Assembly (NCBI GenBank): GCA_010356995.1
Contig: ML996698.1
Span: forward strand, 803,923 to 867,922
Direction of reading: 5' to 3'
Length of the DNA stretch: 64,000 nt
DNA from: Trichodelitschia bisporula
Taxonomy: Eukaryota
Below, piece after piece: positions 35,279 through 48,954 of the stretch. The notes beneath the pieces are model-generated. The model worked only from the letters and a program-made list of their open reading frames with translations. It searched no databases and was not told the origin of the DNA. The position numbers were made by a program, and so were the translations under genes. The first letter of the stretch is position 1. Each line of letters opens with the position of its first letter.

Positions 35279-36711
35279 GTTTGCTGGAGGTGGTGGTGCG
35301 TGTCGAAAGTTTGGACGTCGGGGAGAAGACAGGATCGAGCCTTCCATTAACTGAGGAAAGTACTTCGTACGATGGCCGCGGTCGAGCCAAGAGCCAAAAC
35401 TACCCCGCTGCGCCACACTCGCAGATTAAGTTAGACGAGATCCGACCGGTGAGGGGTCAAGGCCCGGCAATGTTCACGATGTTTTTGCCTCCGTCTACCT
35501 TGATGCGGAGCAAAACCTCTCACATCGCGGAGCTCATTACACGAACCTAATGAGTTTGAAGCTGCACCCTCCAGCCAGAACCGTGCCCCATGCTGCAAGG
35601 CGAATAGGCTAGTTTCATGGTAAGACAGAGAAGCAAGTCGTCCCGCGAGGTATGTTTGGGTGCCGTCGCTAATGCAAAGCATCGACATTGTGTTCTCCGG
35701 GATGTTGATAGAGCTCGTTAGAAGCCCGAACGGCGTGGATGAAGCGTGAAACCTCTTGACTGTGGTCCACGTACTCTATGCTGCCATCAACAATTCAATA
35801 TCGAGCAGGATCTTGCTCCAGTCACCGTGAAAACTCCTCAACTGGACATCAAAATGATGTAGCATGAGGCTGCTTGAAGGACGGATGTATGTTGTCATAC
35901 AGGCACGTCTGAATAACCCGACGTGAGAATAAAGGTCCTCTAGGGCCGGCTTGGCCCCGGCGAAAGGCCGCTTCCCCAGCCTTCGTCCGATGACCTCATC
36001 ACTCACCGCACCACCACACTCCGCTTTCCTGCGACACTCACACCCACAACTGTTCCGACTCATTCAAACCGGGATAGACCAATTGCCAATGCCTACTCAG
36101 CCTCCAAAAGAACCAAGAAGGCTGCCCAGCCCCCGCGCCATCCAAACAAGCTTAGCCCGACCTAATCCCTCGGAGGTGCCTCCGATGCCGCTCGCGGGCT
36201 GGGCTTAGTGCCTCGGCGGGCGCTTCCACGGCGGCATACGTACCAAAAAGAGAGTGCACCATGAGTAGCGTGGGGTGGCAATGCAGACGAGATACGAGAT
36301 TCGAAGCAGAAAGTGTGCTCGTATGGAAGCGCCTTTGCTCGGTACTCCCTTTGCAATGTTCACGCCGAAGGAGGGAGATCGGCAGCCATGAAGTTGAGAT
36401 ACAAAGGGCGGGGGTCTTAACAAAGCCTTCCTGTTTTGGCTTGTTCGCTGGACGTATCAACTGCTCTCTGAAAGCTGTGGACCAGCACAGCAGCCCGTCA
36501 ACCCATAGTGTACATGTCCATGTCTATCACCCGCCCTACAGCACTTAGCGCGTCAGCTTGCGCGAACCAGTCACTCATCCGCGCACAAGAAACCTCACAT
36601 CCACACAACGCCAATGTCTCAAACCCGCTCAATCAAACTGGTATATCCCTTCGACGCCAAATACACGCTGCACATCTCCCATCTTTTGAACCCAAACCCA
36701 AACCCAAACCA

Positions 36712-38297
36712 CTACCCCCTAAACCCCTCCTCACTCCTCATCTGCTCCTCCAGCCTCGCCTCCATTTCCTCCAACTCCTGCAACCGCGTCAACCGCGCCC
36801 GTTCCGCCCTGATCCGCTCCCGCTGCGCCGCCATGCTAAGTACCTCCGTCGACGTGCTCGTTGCCGGACTCGTAGGGCTCGTCGCATCGCTCGCGTGCCG
36901 TGCGTGGCTCGGCCGCGGCAGGGGCGACCGAGCCGACGAACGCGACACACCCCGCAGCGGCGGCTCAGGTGGCACCGATGGCTCCCTAGGCGGCGGCGGC
37001 GGTGGGCCCGGGGGCGCAATGACCAGGGGTGCGAGAGGCGGAGGGGGAGCCCGTGGTGACCATGCGGGTTGCTCCTCGCGCGCCCGCGTCTGCAAGGCAT
37101 ACTCGCGCGGGCTGAGCATGCGGCCGTCGAGCTCGTGGTTCACGGGCGCAGCGTCGAGTTCTCGCGTCGAGAGGTGGCGCACCGTGGTGCTGGTGTTAGT
37201 TTTGAATTCGTAGTCCTGGTTTGAGTTTGTTGGGGAATATGGGGGGGTGCGGGCGCGGCGGCGGTGGAGGAAGAGGAAGACTAGGATTATCAGGAGGGCG
37301 AGGACGAGAAGGGCGCCGATTACGGCGCCGGCGATGGCGCCGGGGGGTACCGATTTTCGGGTGGAGGGGGAGAGGGCGCCGGGGGGGATAGGGTCGCCAG
37401 CAAGGGCCCAGTGCATGATGGCGCTGTCGGTGTGCTCCCAGCGGATTTGGACGGGGGCGGCGATGAAGATGGCCGAAGTGCCGGTTACGGCTGTTGTTAG
37501 GCCGGTTGCGGAATAGGTGGTTGAGTGTGGGGCGAAGGAGGTGCTGGCGAGGACTGCGTCGGATAGGTGGTCTGTTTCGGTGGATGCGTAGAAAATTGTG
37601 TTTTCGAGTAGACCGGTGGAGGTGGTGAAGAGGGAGTATTCGGCGGAGATGGTGAAGGGGGAAGTGCTACGCGAGACGCATTGCGAGGTGCCGAGGAGAC
37701 CTTCGACGGCGAAGCCACTGGGGGGTTAGGGTCTAGATGGAGATGGGGGATGTGGGATATGGCCTACGTGTAGCAGCAGAAGCCGGCGAATTGGACTGCT
37801 GTTGAGGTTCCGCCATGGACGGTTGTGGACTGCGCGGTTTTTGCCAGTGTCTGCCCGCTTGGGCATATTCCTGGGGAGTAGAAGCTGATAGAGACGAAGC
37901 CAGGGGGGTAACATGACGATGTCCTTCCGACGACGAAGTTCCCCGCTCCAACGGAATTGATATCCCGATTCGGCGCCGCATATTGTGTCGCACAGGCCGC
38001 GGGCGGCGTGAACGAAGTCGTCAAGGGCGCGATGTTACCGAAGCCGGCCGTGGATGTTGGGACTGCAACCATGGTCGTCATATAATCTATGGTGCCTCCC
38101 GACGACAACTGGGTTGGAGTGACAGATGTTGTCCAGGTGCCATACACTGTGATCACACTCAGATCCGGCGCGAGGTCGGGGAAAGCAGTGTACACGAGAC
38201 TGCTCCAGGGCGAGGCGATATCACCGTTGGCCGAGCGAGCCGCGAGCTGGCGTTCCACTAACTCGGCGTTGTTGACGAACCTACGCAGCAGAGCCAT
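36712..38297 (-). CDS. Receptor-like membrane protein, array copy A (intact; intron 37718-37767; coiled-coil C-terminus; no clear signal peptide)
   Basis: APLTTSFTPPAAC...GRTSSCYPPGF.S.SFYSPGICPSG...FCCYT|GF...C, APVQIRW..TD.AIM.W, TM GAIAGAVIGALLVLALLIILVFLFL-HRRR, tail RELDAAPVNHELDG, Pro-rich stretch and ERIRAERARLTRLQELEEMEARLEEQM. Confidence 0.85.
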
Positions 38298-39825
38298 CGC
38301 GAGATGCGCAAAACGGCGGGTAGGAGATGCGGAGATCGAGGAGAACGAAGAATAGCGCGATCTCCGCTTTCTTGTAACTCCCTCTGCGCCGAGCTGCCCA
38401 GTGGCGGGCCTCGCTACGCTTAGGGCCTCACTGAGCGCCCTGCAGTCCGTCTACGGTGCTGCACTCCCGTCACTCCCCGTCCACGCACCTGACATGGCGC
38501 GGCGAGGCAGGGGATTGGAGCGCGGGCGCGAAACGGGCTCGGGCTTCGGTGCATACGTTCGCAAATCCATGCTCAGTCGGGCACGCGGCGCATGGGAGGC
38601 CGACCGGCGCAGTGCCTCGCTTCTCTCACGCCGCGTGGGCACATCGTGATGTATTGCTGTGCTCCGCGCCGCAGACGTTTCGGACCCTGGCACTGGCGGT
38701 TCAAACGGTCGGAGCTTGGACGGGGATCGCAGGCATGGATTGAAGCGTCGTCGTGGGATTGGTCGCAGGCGGGCTGAATCATGGGTTCGGGACCGATCTA
38801 GGCTATTCTCGTATCTCGTTCTCCTTTGTCGCTTTGTCGTGGCTGCGGGGCGCATCGCGTTTTCAGCCCGGTGGCTTGGTGGCGCCGTCCTGCATTGCTA
38901 AACTTGCATGTCGGGGGAGAAGCCCACAGCCTTGAGGATACGGGCGTCTCCCACGGCATCCGCGGACGACAACCAAAGAAAATTAGCAACCAGAAATCAG
39001 GAATACCATTGTCTTCAACAATGGCACAAGATATTCCCCGCGACTATTCGAGTCAGTTAGCAGGCATCCCGATCCTCATTGCCTCAGCCTCGTGGTTGAG
39101 CCTGAGGCCTGCATTCTGCATGCACTCGGTGCAAGCATTGGAGCAGCCCCTGTTGCTAGCAGCGTTTGATCCTTCCCCTGGGCGCTGTGCCCTACGTCGC
39201 GCACCGAGTAACTGGATATTTACACAAAGCAAAGAAACCCGCGAAGCGACTCGGCGAAGCGATGAATAAAAGGAATTGGCAGCGAGAACGAACCTGTCGT
39301 GATGCTCCCCCACGCCGCGGACAAAATGCCAAACTCGGATGCCATCACATTCTCGTCACAACATCTACCTTTTGCCCGGCTTGTTTTGTCACCCAATCAC
39401 ACTCTCGCTGAATGTCTTTACCGTATTTACAGATCGACGTATCCGCCGTCGGCGCGGAGCGGACGGTCCCGTGTGGGGTCGCGGGGTGAGTGGTCCTATT
39501 CGGGTCCAGTAGCTTGGCGCAAAGACCTCTCCTCATCCAAGTGCACAGCCGAGGTCTTCGGGCCGGGCAGGGCGGACGTCTGGCGGCTGGTCGTTGTCCA
39601 AAGCACAGACGATAGCAGACGCTAATGGTTAAGCTATGAGCCATGTGGTCGAGGTTGTCGTCGGCTATGGTCTTGTCGTTAACCTTACTGATCCTACTAG
39701 ACGCAAAGCACAACCAGCGTCAGTAGCAACGTGCGCTGCACGCGTCATCGTACTCGCCTGGTATGCGTCGCGACGCCATCTCAACCGCACTGGCCATCTC
39801 CTGAATCTCCCTTTGCGGCACCGCA

Positions 39826-40028
39826 TGATGGGAGCAAGGGCTCGTTATGTGCGAAGGCCACTATAATACTGAAGATTGAAGTAGAAGACAAAGGGAGGAA
39901 GAGAGGAAGAGACTCTCGAGACTTAAATGCACGATGCCAAGTTTCCTCCTTTGCTCCTTCCTTCCATCATGCTCACATTGCATCATGTCCCGTCATTACA
40001 CAAGAATGCTCCTTCCGTGTCTACATCA
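39826..40028 (-). mobile_element. Solo LTR (family 1), 203 bp, TGATG...CATCA termini, perfect 5-bp TSD CCGCA
   Basis: CCGCA at 39821-39825 and 40029-40033 flanks an element with 5-bp inverted termini. The minus strand carries a TATA-like ATTTAA followed by a pyrimidine tract. Three other copies in the window. Confidence 0.88.
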
Positions 40029-40541
40029 CCGCAGGCGCTTTGCGAGGCGGCAGGTACGAGGTCTGCCCATCTCCTAGCCGGCAGGCAGCAGCAGAGGCAG
40101 TACTGCTGTCAGTGTCATTCAAGACCTGAACGATAATGAGAAGGCATAGATGGAAGTAATTGATGCCTCTAAATAATGGTGAGCATTGTCAAATGAAGTC
40201 CGAGACTAGTTCTAGGTAGGACAATGACGTCCCGATGGTCAAAGCGCCGCCCGAAAAATAATGAGCCCCGCCCTGCCTCAGTTTGCCTTATAGAAAACAG
40301 TGTCGTTAGCAACACCAAGCTAATATTTCGTCGAGATGCCTCATATAGCTTGCAATCTACTGGGATCGCGTCAACTAGCTATCCCTTTTGCCGCTTGGTC
40401 CTGCCCGTTCTCCGCAGCCTAAGATACTCTTACCTAGAAGAGTGGTGTTCACCATTTCTCCAGGAGGCCCTTCGTCCCTTCGTGACGATACAGTACAGTG
40501 AAGACAACCCCCTCCACCCGCATCACAATCGGTTGAGACAT

Positions 40542-40690
40542 TGACAGGCGCGGGCGGGTCGCGCAGTCTGCTCCTGTCCACTGCCAAAGTGTGGATACCA
40601 AGGAACCGGTGTTGGCATTGAGATTGCTCTCCGGAGCCTTCGTCCCCGCTCTTCCACCCCCACACGTCGAGACCCACCACTTTGCCGTCA
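40542..40690. mobile_element. Possible degenerate copy of family-2 LTR-like element
   Basis: Starts ACAT|TGACAGGC like 25420 and ends CCCCCACAC...CTTTGCCGTCA like the 25660 end. Interior poorly alignable, no TSD. Confidence 0.35.
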
Positions 40691-40846
40691 CGACCTCGAC
40701 ATCAACGGCCGTGGTCGTCTTTGTATCTCCGTCATTTCAGTAAGCGCAGCCGTCGCGGAGCGCTCCAGATGCACAATGCTGCCCCAAAGACAACTTCGAC
40801 AAGGCGACAATCACAAAACAACCAGCTCCCATTCTCCTTAACAAGA

Positions 40847-41929
40847 TCAGTAAGATTGCCGACGGGGGCGTCTTTGAGTATCGCTATTTGTAGTTTCTCC
40901 CAACAGCATCGTTCTGCCATCCACCGGCGTCGCCTCAAGATCGTGGTTCACCTCCACTCCCGCGGACTGCGCGTCGAGCTCGTATTTTACAGCTGCGGAC
41001 TCGGGGTGTACTTTCTGGATCTTGTTGAGCGTGGTTTTGAGCGTGGTGCTCTTTGGGGGTATCGCAGTGGAGAGTCATGCCATGACGGCTGTGTCTGTTG
41101 TTTCCTAGCGGATGGATACGGGGGACATCACGAAGATCGCAGGAACTGTATCGCTCACTCACCGTTACATGCGAGGGCGAGGGTATGCCCCTTCGGAGGT
41201 GTAAGTCTGCTTCAATTCTGTATAGGGGTTTTGTTGGTACGGGACCGCGCGTGGTTGCGGGCCAGTTGAGACAGGAGATGCAGAGGGAGCCGCTGTTGGA
41301 GGGATCTATAGGGCCGGAGTCGACGGCATAGCCGCTTGTTGGAGCGTCAAAGTTGTGCTACGGGTGGGGGGAAGGGGGAGGGGCATGGAGGGGACGTACG
41401 TGGGACAGCAGAAAGCTTGAGTCTGGCTGGCGGCGCGGTTCAATGTTGATAGAATGCTTGTGTCGCCGATCGCGTACCCGCTGGGGCATATGCCGGGCGA
41501 GTAATGCATGGCACGGAGATAGTCAGACGGATAGCAGGCGGCGGTGCTGCCGAAGTAGAAGCAGAACGTGGTTGGCTGATTGAGCGTACGGAGGATAAAG
41601 TACTGCGAGTACGAGGCGGGGGGTGTGAACGTAGTTGTTAGAGGCAGGATGATTCTTTCCAAGGTTAAGGTTTTGGTTGTGGTCGTCTACATGATGTCGG
41701 CGTCCGCCGACATGATTATAACACCAACTATTGTGGCAGATTGGAGACTCGAGTCCCACAAGGCTTGGTAGATGTCGGTATTGGATATTGTGTTTGTGAA
41801 CTGGACGAAATTGCCTGCCTTTCCCATTCCCATTTCACCTCTGGACCTTAAATCCGGTGAGGCGGCACCAGAGGCTCGAACCATCGAGACGACCGCAAGC
41901 ACCCTAAGAGCCTGAGCTAGTACAATCAT
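40847..41929 (-). pseudogene. Array copy B (pseudogene: three stops, frameshift, TM segment deleted)
   Basis: MIVLAQALRVLAVVSMVRASGA signal; TAG 41687-41689; PLTTTFTPP..GSTAACYP..YSPGICPSGY..AFCCPT; PVSIR*(41105-41107)ETTDTAVMA*(41075-41077)LST; then the tail KYELDAQSAGVEVNHDLEATPVDGR.ML follows with no TM. Confidence 0.85.
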
Positions 41930-42363
41930 GACTGATAACGAGTGTAAAAACGGGCGAATGTCACAAAAGGATCGCTTATTAGGCTAAGCCGGCCGTCGTC
42001 GGTGCTTTATATTTCTCAGCACAGCGGCGGGGTAAAAGAATGAATGCGCCGGAGGCTGAGGAGTGGCAAAAGGCTTGGCTGGGTGGGATGCAGTCGGGTT
42101 GCAGATGAGTCCCATGCCAAGTGAGCCATTCTCGCCCAGCCTCATGGTGCGCTTCGCAGGTTTTTGGACGGTTTGCGGTGTCACAATTGACAACGATTTT
42201 GTTTTGGGATGGCGTGGATGGATACTTCGCTATGCGGTATAATAGTTTTGGGAACCGGTCGCAACAGCTAAGCAGAGGGAAAAGTAAATGGGACAAGGCT
42301 GGCCGGAGTAGGAAACGACTTAGCACGGAAGGGCCAGGCGGGAAGTGAAAAAGAGAAGGAAAG

Positions 42364-43593
42364 TTAGGTAGACGTTCGCACCGCTCCCTTTCTCTCTTGA
42401 TGGTTGCCGTGTAAAGTCAACACTGACGCACACAACATCGGCACTTGCAGTAGCGACGATACGCAAGCATACTCGTACCTCGCTTCTTGATCTTCTAGTT
42501 AAATTAGCCAAGCTGCCTTTAAAAGGGGGTAGAAACCTGCCTGAGGGTGTTAAATGCTTGCGCCGCCGTACGCGGAATGTTATCATGCCCGCGATGCTGA
42601 GTCCTAGCACCGCGAGTCCGCCAAGTATGCCGCCGGCGAGAGCCCCGGCGTTGGGGCCTGGTTTGCTGGCGTAGCCTGTGCTGTTCGAAGTCTTAAGCCA
42701 GGACAGGACCGCCTTATCTGTCGTTTGCTAGCGGATGGATATAGGGGTTACGACGAACTGAAGTGAGCCGACGCCGAAGAATTGTGCGCTTGAGGACGTG
42801 TACGGCAGGCCGGTTTGGGAGGGGAAGTAATAGGAGTTAGTGTATGCGCTGATGGTCCACGAGACGGTGATTGGTGAATTTGGCCCGGGCAAGTTGCTGA
42901 AGGAGAAGCAGGCGCAGGAGCGGTGGGTTTCTGTGTCGGCCCCGATGATGTAGCCACTGTGGGGTTAGACTTGGTTACGACAGGGAGATGGTATGGGGGG
43001 ATGTACGTAGGACAACAACGGGCTGCAGTTTCGCGTGGTTGGGTTGTGCTGGTGATGAGCGTAGGAAGTGGCCGTCCCCCCTGGAACCAGTCGCTGGTCG
43101 TGGATGTTGGCACGGTCGTATCGGCGACCGTTTACCCGCGCGGACAGATACCGGGCGAGTAGTACGTGACGGAGAGGTAGTCCGGCGGGTAGCTGGACGA
43201 AGTTGTACCTACGAAGACACGGTTTGCAAGTTCACGGAACTGGTACTGCGTCGTACACGCTGGGGGTGGGTAAAAAATGGCGTTTAGCGGCGCGATGGAG
43301 CTTAAAAACCCCACGGTTGAGGTTGGTAATGCACCCCAAGAATCCTCAGTCTGTCTCCATGTGCCGACCGCTGTGACAGAGGTGGCCTTGGGATCGAGTT
43401 CGGCGTAGTTGCTGTTGTACATTATGGTTGTGAAAGGCATTCCCTCGCTGATTTGGGTGCCGGGATTGTTTACGGGGACAAAGGATACTTCGGCGAAAGT
43501 GGCGGTGTCGCGTCTTTCGAGCCCGACGGCTCCAGAGGATCGAATCATCACGATAATCGCCAGCGCCCCAAGAATCTGAGCTAGAGCGGCCAT
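42364..43593 (-). pseudogene. Array copy C (pseudogene: TAA 43132-43134, TAG 42728-42730, truncated tail)
   Basis: MAALAQILGALAIIVMIRSSGA signal, AELDP..TSVT.VGTW, APLNAIFYPPPAC, YYSPGICPRG*, RCCPT intron, TPISIR*QTTDKAVLSWL, TM GALAGGILGGLAVLGLSIAGMITF-RVRRRK, GC-AG intron 42495-42540. Confidence 0.85.
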
Positions 43594-44419
43594 GACAGAA
43601 ACAGTAGCGAATGTGAAAACGAGGGAGTAGCGCAAAAGGATCGCCCATCATGCTTATGCGAATTGTGCAAGTACCGAAGCCACGAACCAAATTGCTAAGC
43701 TCCCGGGAGCTATGATGTCTCCCGGTGTCCGGATTTGAGAAACTCGGGAACGCATGAAGATGCGGGGTGAGCTATTCTTGCCTAGCTACGGAGTATGGTG
43801 CGCTTTGCAGGGGTTTGGACGGTTGGCGGTGTCAAAAGTGATAACGAATTTGGTTAGCTACTACTAGAACCACCTCCTAAGCTTACTGACTGGCGACATA
43901 TAAACGAAGTGAGCTTCACGATGTGGGCAACTGTGTTGCGCACTCGGGAAAATAATGGAGGCACTCACATCGTGAACCCCACGCCCGAGCCGCACTGCCC
44001 ATCATCAATTCCCTTCTTCGTACGGAATGCCACCTGGGAAGCGCTCGCCTAGACACTAAGTCAACCTGCACATGCCATCGGAAGAGCCTCCGAGGGGTGA
44101 GGCCGGGTTCAGAGGCACGTTGTCGATGTCATCGTGGACCATTGTCTTATCGTTACTCATTCTGCCGGAGGTGGGGGACACAAAGCTCCATCTCAGCACA
44201 GGCCAAAATACCAGGGCCATATCCTCCCGCGCTCAATGCCTGCGCTTTGGTACCTGCGCGATGAAACTGAATGATGATGGGAAGCCACAAATTGCAGTAA
44301 TGAATGGTTCCGAAAAAGACGCAGGGAATTGTGACGTGAAGTCCGAGGCCGGGAGTGATGTGAGCATACGGCAGGAGCATGCTTCTCAGGCAGGAACACA
44401 GTTGTATTTACCCCTCGAA

Positions 44420-45867
44420 TCAGCCTATCCCGAAACCGGCCGACCCTTCCCCCTCCCTTGCCAGCGAAGCACGTTTGCGCTCATACGGCCCCTTAGGCGC
44501 ATACCCCGAACCCAGCATCGGCCTCCCCTCCCGCTGCTCCGTCGCGAGCTCATGGATCTTCCCCACCCCCGCGGGCTGCGCCGCCAACTCGTGCCTCGTC
44601 TCCTCCGGCTGCGCGTCTAACGGCCATTGCCGGCCCGCCGTCGAGGAAGGCATTTCCTGGATCCCGGGGTAGGAGCCGCGGAACGGTTGCTTTGATTCCG
44701 CTTCCGGTTTTGGATCTTCTGGGCTGGATTAGCGAAGCTGTGCTTAGGGAGGGGGTGGGAAACTTGCCCGTGGGCACCGATTGTCTGCGCCGCTTGCGCC
44801 GCCGGAGGCAGAATATTAGAACGCCTGCGATGGCGAGGCCGAGGACTGCGAGTCCGCCGACGGCCCCGCCGACGATGGCGCCGATGTTGACGCCGGTACG
44901 GGGAGCTATGCTCGCGGGGCTCGTGCTGTTCGCTGAGCCCGCGGTGGTGGAAAGCCAGTCTAAGACGGCTTTGTCGGTTGCGGCCCAGCGGATGGACACG
45001 GGGGTTACGATGAATTGGACTGGGCCCTTGCCGGCCATTGTTGTGTATATGTCCGAATGTGGCACGAAATTCGTAAGCTTCCCGGAGACAGGGGGGGTGA
45101 GATAGTGGCGGTAGAGGGCGGTGATGGTCCATATGCTTGTTGGTGATGTGGAGCCGGATAAGGTTGTGGGAAGAGAGTTGCTCATGGAATAGCATGCGGA
45201 GGAGCCGGGGTTTATGTCGTAGCCGCTGTGGGGTTAGGTTAGGTTGAGAGGGTGGATGGGATGGGACCTACGTGGGACAGCAATAGGCGTGGGTTTGGCT
45301 GGAAGCGGCCAGGACACCAGAGTCGGCAATGGTATATCCCTGCGGGCATATGCCGGGCGAGTAGTACGACATGGAGATATAGCCCGGCGGATAACACGCT
45401 TTCGTACTACCGACCCAGACAGACGGCGGATCCCGTGTAAGTGAGCGGACGACGTAGTTCAGCGAGCATGAGGCAGGGGGCGTGAACACGCTTGTCAGCG
45501 GCGCGTAGGTGCTTGTCCAGCCCACAGTTGTCACCACGTACATCCCGACAGCATTAGCAACGTTTTCCCACCCCCAGGTGAAGACCAGCGTGACGGAAGC
45601 GAGGGCGGGGTCGAATTCGGCGACACTGATTTGGGGATTGTAGACTGTGGTTGTGGTGGGTACGCCTAGGTCGGGGCCCTTGGGGACGACGGGGAGGCCG
45701 CTGTAGGTGCTGGTGGTGGATGCGGGGGTTGAGGCCTTTGGGACGACGGGTAGGCCGCTGTCGGTGGTGGTGGCGGCGGCCTGGCGGTCCTCAAGCCTGG
45801 CGACTCCAGAGGCTCGCACCATCGCGGCGAGCGCGAGGACTCTAAGAGCCTGAGGTAGCACAATCAT
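44420..45867 (-). CDS. Array copy D (intact; introns 45226-45271 GT-AG and 44719-44767 GC-AG)
   Basis: Signal MIVLPQALRVLALAAMVRASG, duplicated SGLPVVPK, 6-Cys domain, TPVSIRWAATDKAVLDWL, TM GAIVGGAVGGLAVLGLAIAGVLIFCL-RRRKRRR, tail YPGIQEM..WPLDAQ..RHELAAQ..IHELATEQREGRPML. Confidence 0.88.
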
Positions 45868-47521
45868 GACGATCGAGCGCGTAAAACGGGGGAGCGGGTC
45901 GCAAGAGGAGCGCCTGTCAGGCGCCAGGCGGGCATCGGTCTTTTAACCATTTCCTAGTTACCGTACAGAGGCAGGCGGGATGGACTTCTTGGAGGGTTGA
46001 TCTCTGCCATGTCTGCCTCAATGCAGTCTGGCGAATGCAGGCCAAGGGACTAGTTACTGTGTAGAAAGACGCCCGCAGATATGCGCAGCCAATCCAGAGC
46101 ATGACAGGCACGGAAAAGTGCCTGGAACAGGGAATACGTCGTGTGAGCGTCGCGCTTGTCCAGATTCGTACATTGGTCAGTATCGCGCCTGAATTCACGG
46201 TTATTGCCTTGTGGAGATGTTGACGGCCCGACCCATGATCAGCGCTCCACTCCCAGCTCCCGATTCACGACGGTCCTCGAATCTTACGGTAGATGCTAGG
46301 TAATTGATGTTCAGCCGCGCACCGAATAGGCCCAACCTCCGAGCAGTCGTGATACTTCCACCCCAAAAAGTATGTCTTGCGGACAAGGCCAGGAACATAA
46401 GTTACTGGGGAACAAGTACGGTATGGTCATTTGAGAAGATCTGAGCCTCATGCGACACTCTTCTACGTCGGAACGCTCGCTTGTTTTCTGGATGCGAGGG
46501 AGGGAATCCTTCGGGCCGTTTTCGTGTAACGTGGCGTGCGTGGTGAGGCTGTGCATGCACAGGGCAGGGGCTGGCCTCGGCGCTGTTGCTTTTTGGCGGG
46601 ATGCCGTAATGATGGCCGCCGACGTGCCCGCGGCGTGCTTAACCTTATCGGATTTTCGAACGCGACCCGCGACGAGAGTCGGGTTAGAATGTCATGGCCG
46701 AGAAAATATGTTATGGGTAGTTTGGGGGAGAGACTGCTACAGTACCTCGTAGGTGGGTGTTTAAGGTGGCGGGGTGGCGGGGTACAGTAGCGTGGGTGGT
46801 TGGAAGTAAAAATTCCAGCCGGGGGCTGGAAGAATGATGTGCCGGAGGCTGAAGAGTGCCACATGGTTGATTGGGTGGGAACGAGGTCGCACAAGAGCCT
46901 TACCCGTATGCCGCATGAGCTATTCTTGCCTTGTGGGCCGCTTTGCAGCCTTTGAGTCGGTTTGCGATGTCAAAATTGAGAGGAAAGAAAAAGAGAACAA
47001 GGCTGGAACGAGTCTATGATCAGCAGTCCTATTCCCCCGTATTTGCTCCCCTTACTGTTCCTCCATCCCCGCCGACTGCTGCATTCAAAGCTGCTGCGTT
47101 GATGGGCTGCTGTGCAAGTCCACAGCTTTCAGATAGCAGTTGAAAAAGTCCAGTAAACAAGCCAACGCACTCCTCATGTCGGGCTGCCGCGCCGATGGTG
47201 CAGTAATGCAAATCCCAGCACTGCCTCCTCCATCAGTGAACACAGAGTTAACCTCGTCTGGATTTGGCAGCTTGCATCCCACATGTTGGCGCCCGCGACC
47301 TCGTTCACCCGCCAAAACAAGGCCTTGGTTGTCCACGAAGCTTGGACTTGAAGGCCGGGCGCTGGGCACCGTGTGCTGCGTTGAAGAGTGCTGAGACGCG
47401 CAGCCAGGTCGGCAGACTGGCTCACGCAGCGACGTCCTCAGCCCTTCAGCAAGGGGAATGCTACAGCCGCGTCGGCGACGATCGCATCGCCGCATCTTCC
47501 GCCATGGTGGATGATGCAAGC

Positions 47522-48954
47522 CTAGTGCAATCGAAACGAAGATTCCATCATTTCGGCGAGTAACCGGGCCTCCCCCACCGACCCTTCCAGCCGCTCCCCC
47601 TCCGACCCCTCCAACTTCCCCCCCTCAGACCCCTCGCTCTTAAGCGAAGCATGTGAGCGCGCATACCGCCCCTCATCCGCAGACCCAGGCGACAGCATCG
47701 GACTTCTCTCAAGCGGCGAACCCGTGAGCTCGTGGCTCACCCCCGCGTGCTGAGCATCCAGCTCGTATCGCGGAGCCTCATGCGCGGAGGACATTTCCTG
47801 GATCCCGGGGTAGGGGCCTGGGAACGGTTTCTTGAAATCCTGATCTTCCTGGTCTTCCAGATCTTCCTTATCTTCTGGTCTGAATTAGCCAAGCTGTCCT
47901 TGAGGAGAGGGAGGAAAAGAAAACGTACCTAAGGATACCGGCCGCTTGCGCCGCAGAAGCCAGAATTTCATTACGCCTGCGATGATGAGGCCTAGAGTCG
48001 TGAGGCCGCCGATAATGCCACCGGCGACGGCCCCGGGATTGTGGCTGGGTTTGTGAACCGGCACGTTGATGACGCTTGTGCCATTCGAGCTGCTATTCGC
48101 ATCTGCAAGCCAGTCCATGACGAATTGATCTGTCGATTGCCACTGGATAGGCACAGGGGTCACGATGTGTTGCAACGCGCACGTGCCGCTTAATGTCGTA
48201 TGTGTTTCCGAGTACCTTGGGCCGCTGCTCGGCTGGGGAGAAGCATAGACGTAAGAAGTTGCGGTAATGGTCCATGATTTTGATGTTGAGGAGGCAGCAG
48301 AGGAGATGCAGAGGGAGGAGCCGCGGGTCGCAGGGTCAGATCGGATGTCGTAGCCACTGTGAAGTTAGGCGCGGTTATGATGGATGGGTGGAATTGGGGG
48401 ACGTACGTGGGACAGCAATAGGCTTGGGTACCAGGGAGAACGACATGGTTAGATGTCGCAGAGTTCATGTTGAAGGCCTTATACCCGCTCGGGCAGATGG
48501 CGGGCGAGTAGTACGCGGCGGAGAGGTAGCCTGGCGGGTAGCAGGACGAAGTCATGCCGACGAGTACACTGACCGTGGACGAGGTCTCGTACGACTGGGG
48601 AAGGATGTTTTGCGTCGCACATGCGGGAGGTGGGGTGAACTGGGTTGTAAGAGGCGTGACGTAGCTTGACCAGCCTAAGGTAGAGGTTGGGACCGTGACC
48701 CATTTACTGCTCTGTAGGTCCCAGGTGCCGATCAGAGTGACAGAGGTGAGACTGGGGTCGAATTCGGCGTAACAAGTCTCAGGGTTGTATACCGTAGTTG
48801 TGAAGGGATCTCCCACGTTGTGTTCCGCGGTGGTGGTGGTGGCAGCGGGAGCGTCGCCATAGCCGACGAGGCGCTCCTCAAGCCTGGCGGCTCCAGACAC
48901 TCGAATCATCACGATGACGGCGAGGAACTTGCTGACCTGAGCTAATGCGATCAT
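47522..48954 (-). CDS. Array copy E (intact; introns ~48357-48407 and 47875-47928)
   Basis: Signal MIALAQVSKFLAVIVMIRVSGA, TPLTTQFTPPPAC..GMTSSCYPPGYLS..YYSPAICPSGY..AYCCPT|GY..C, TPVPIQWQSTDQFVMDWL, TM GAVAGGIIGGLTTLGLIIAGVMKFWLL-RRKR, tail YPGIQEM..RYELDAQHAGVSHELTG..PML and EGSEG repeats. Exons read open. Confidence 0.88.

Noticed and set aside
35431..36063. Possible small gene between the HET gene and array copy A
   Set aside because: Two short ORFs separated by a stop, with no recognisable domain or clear start.
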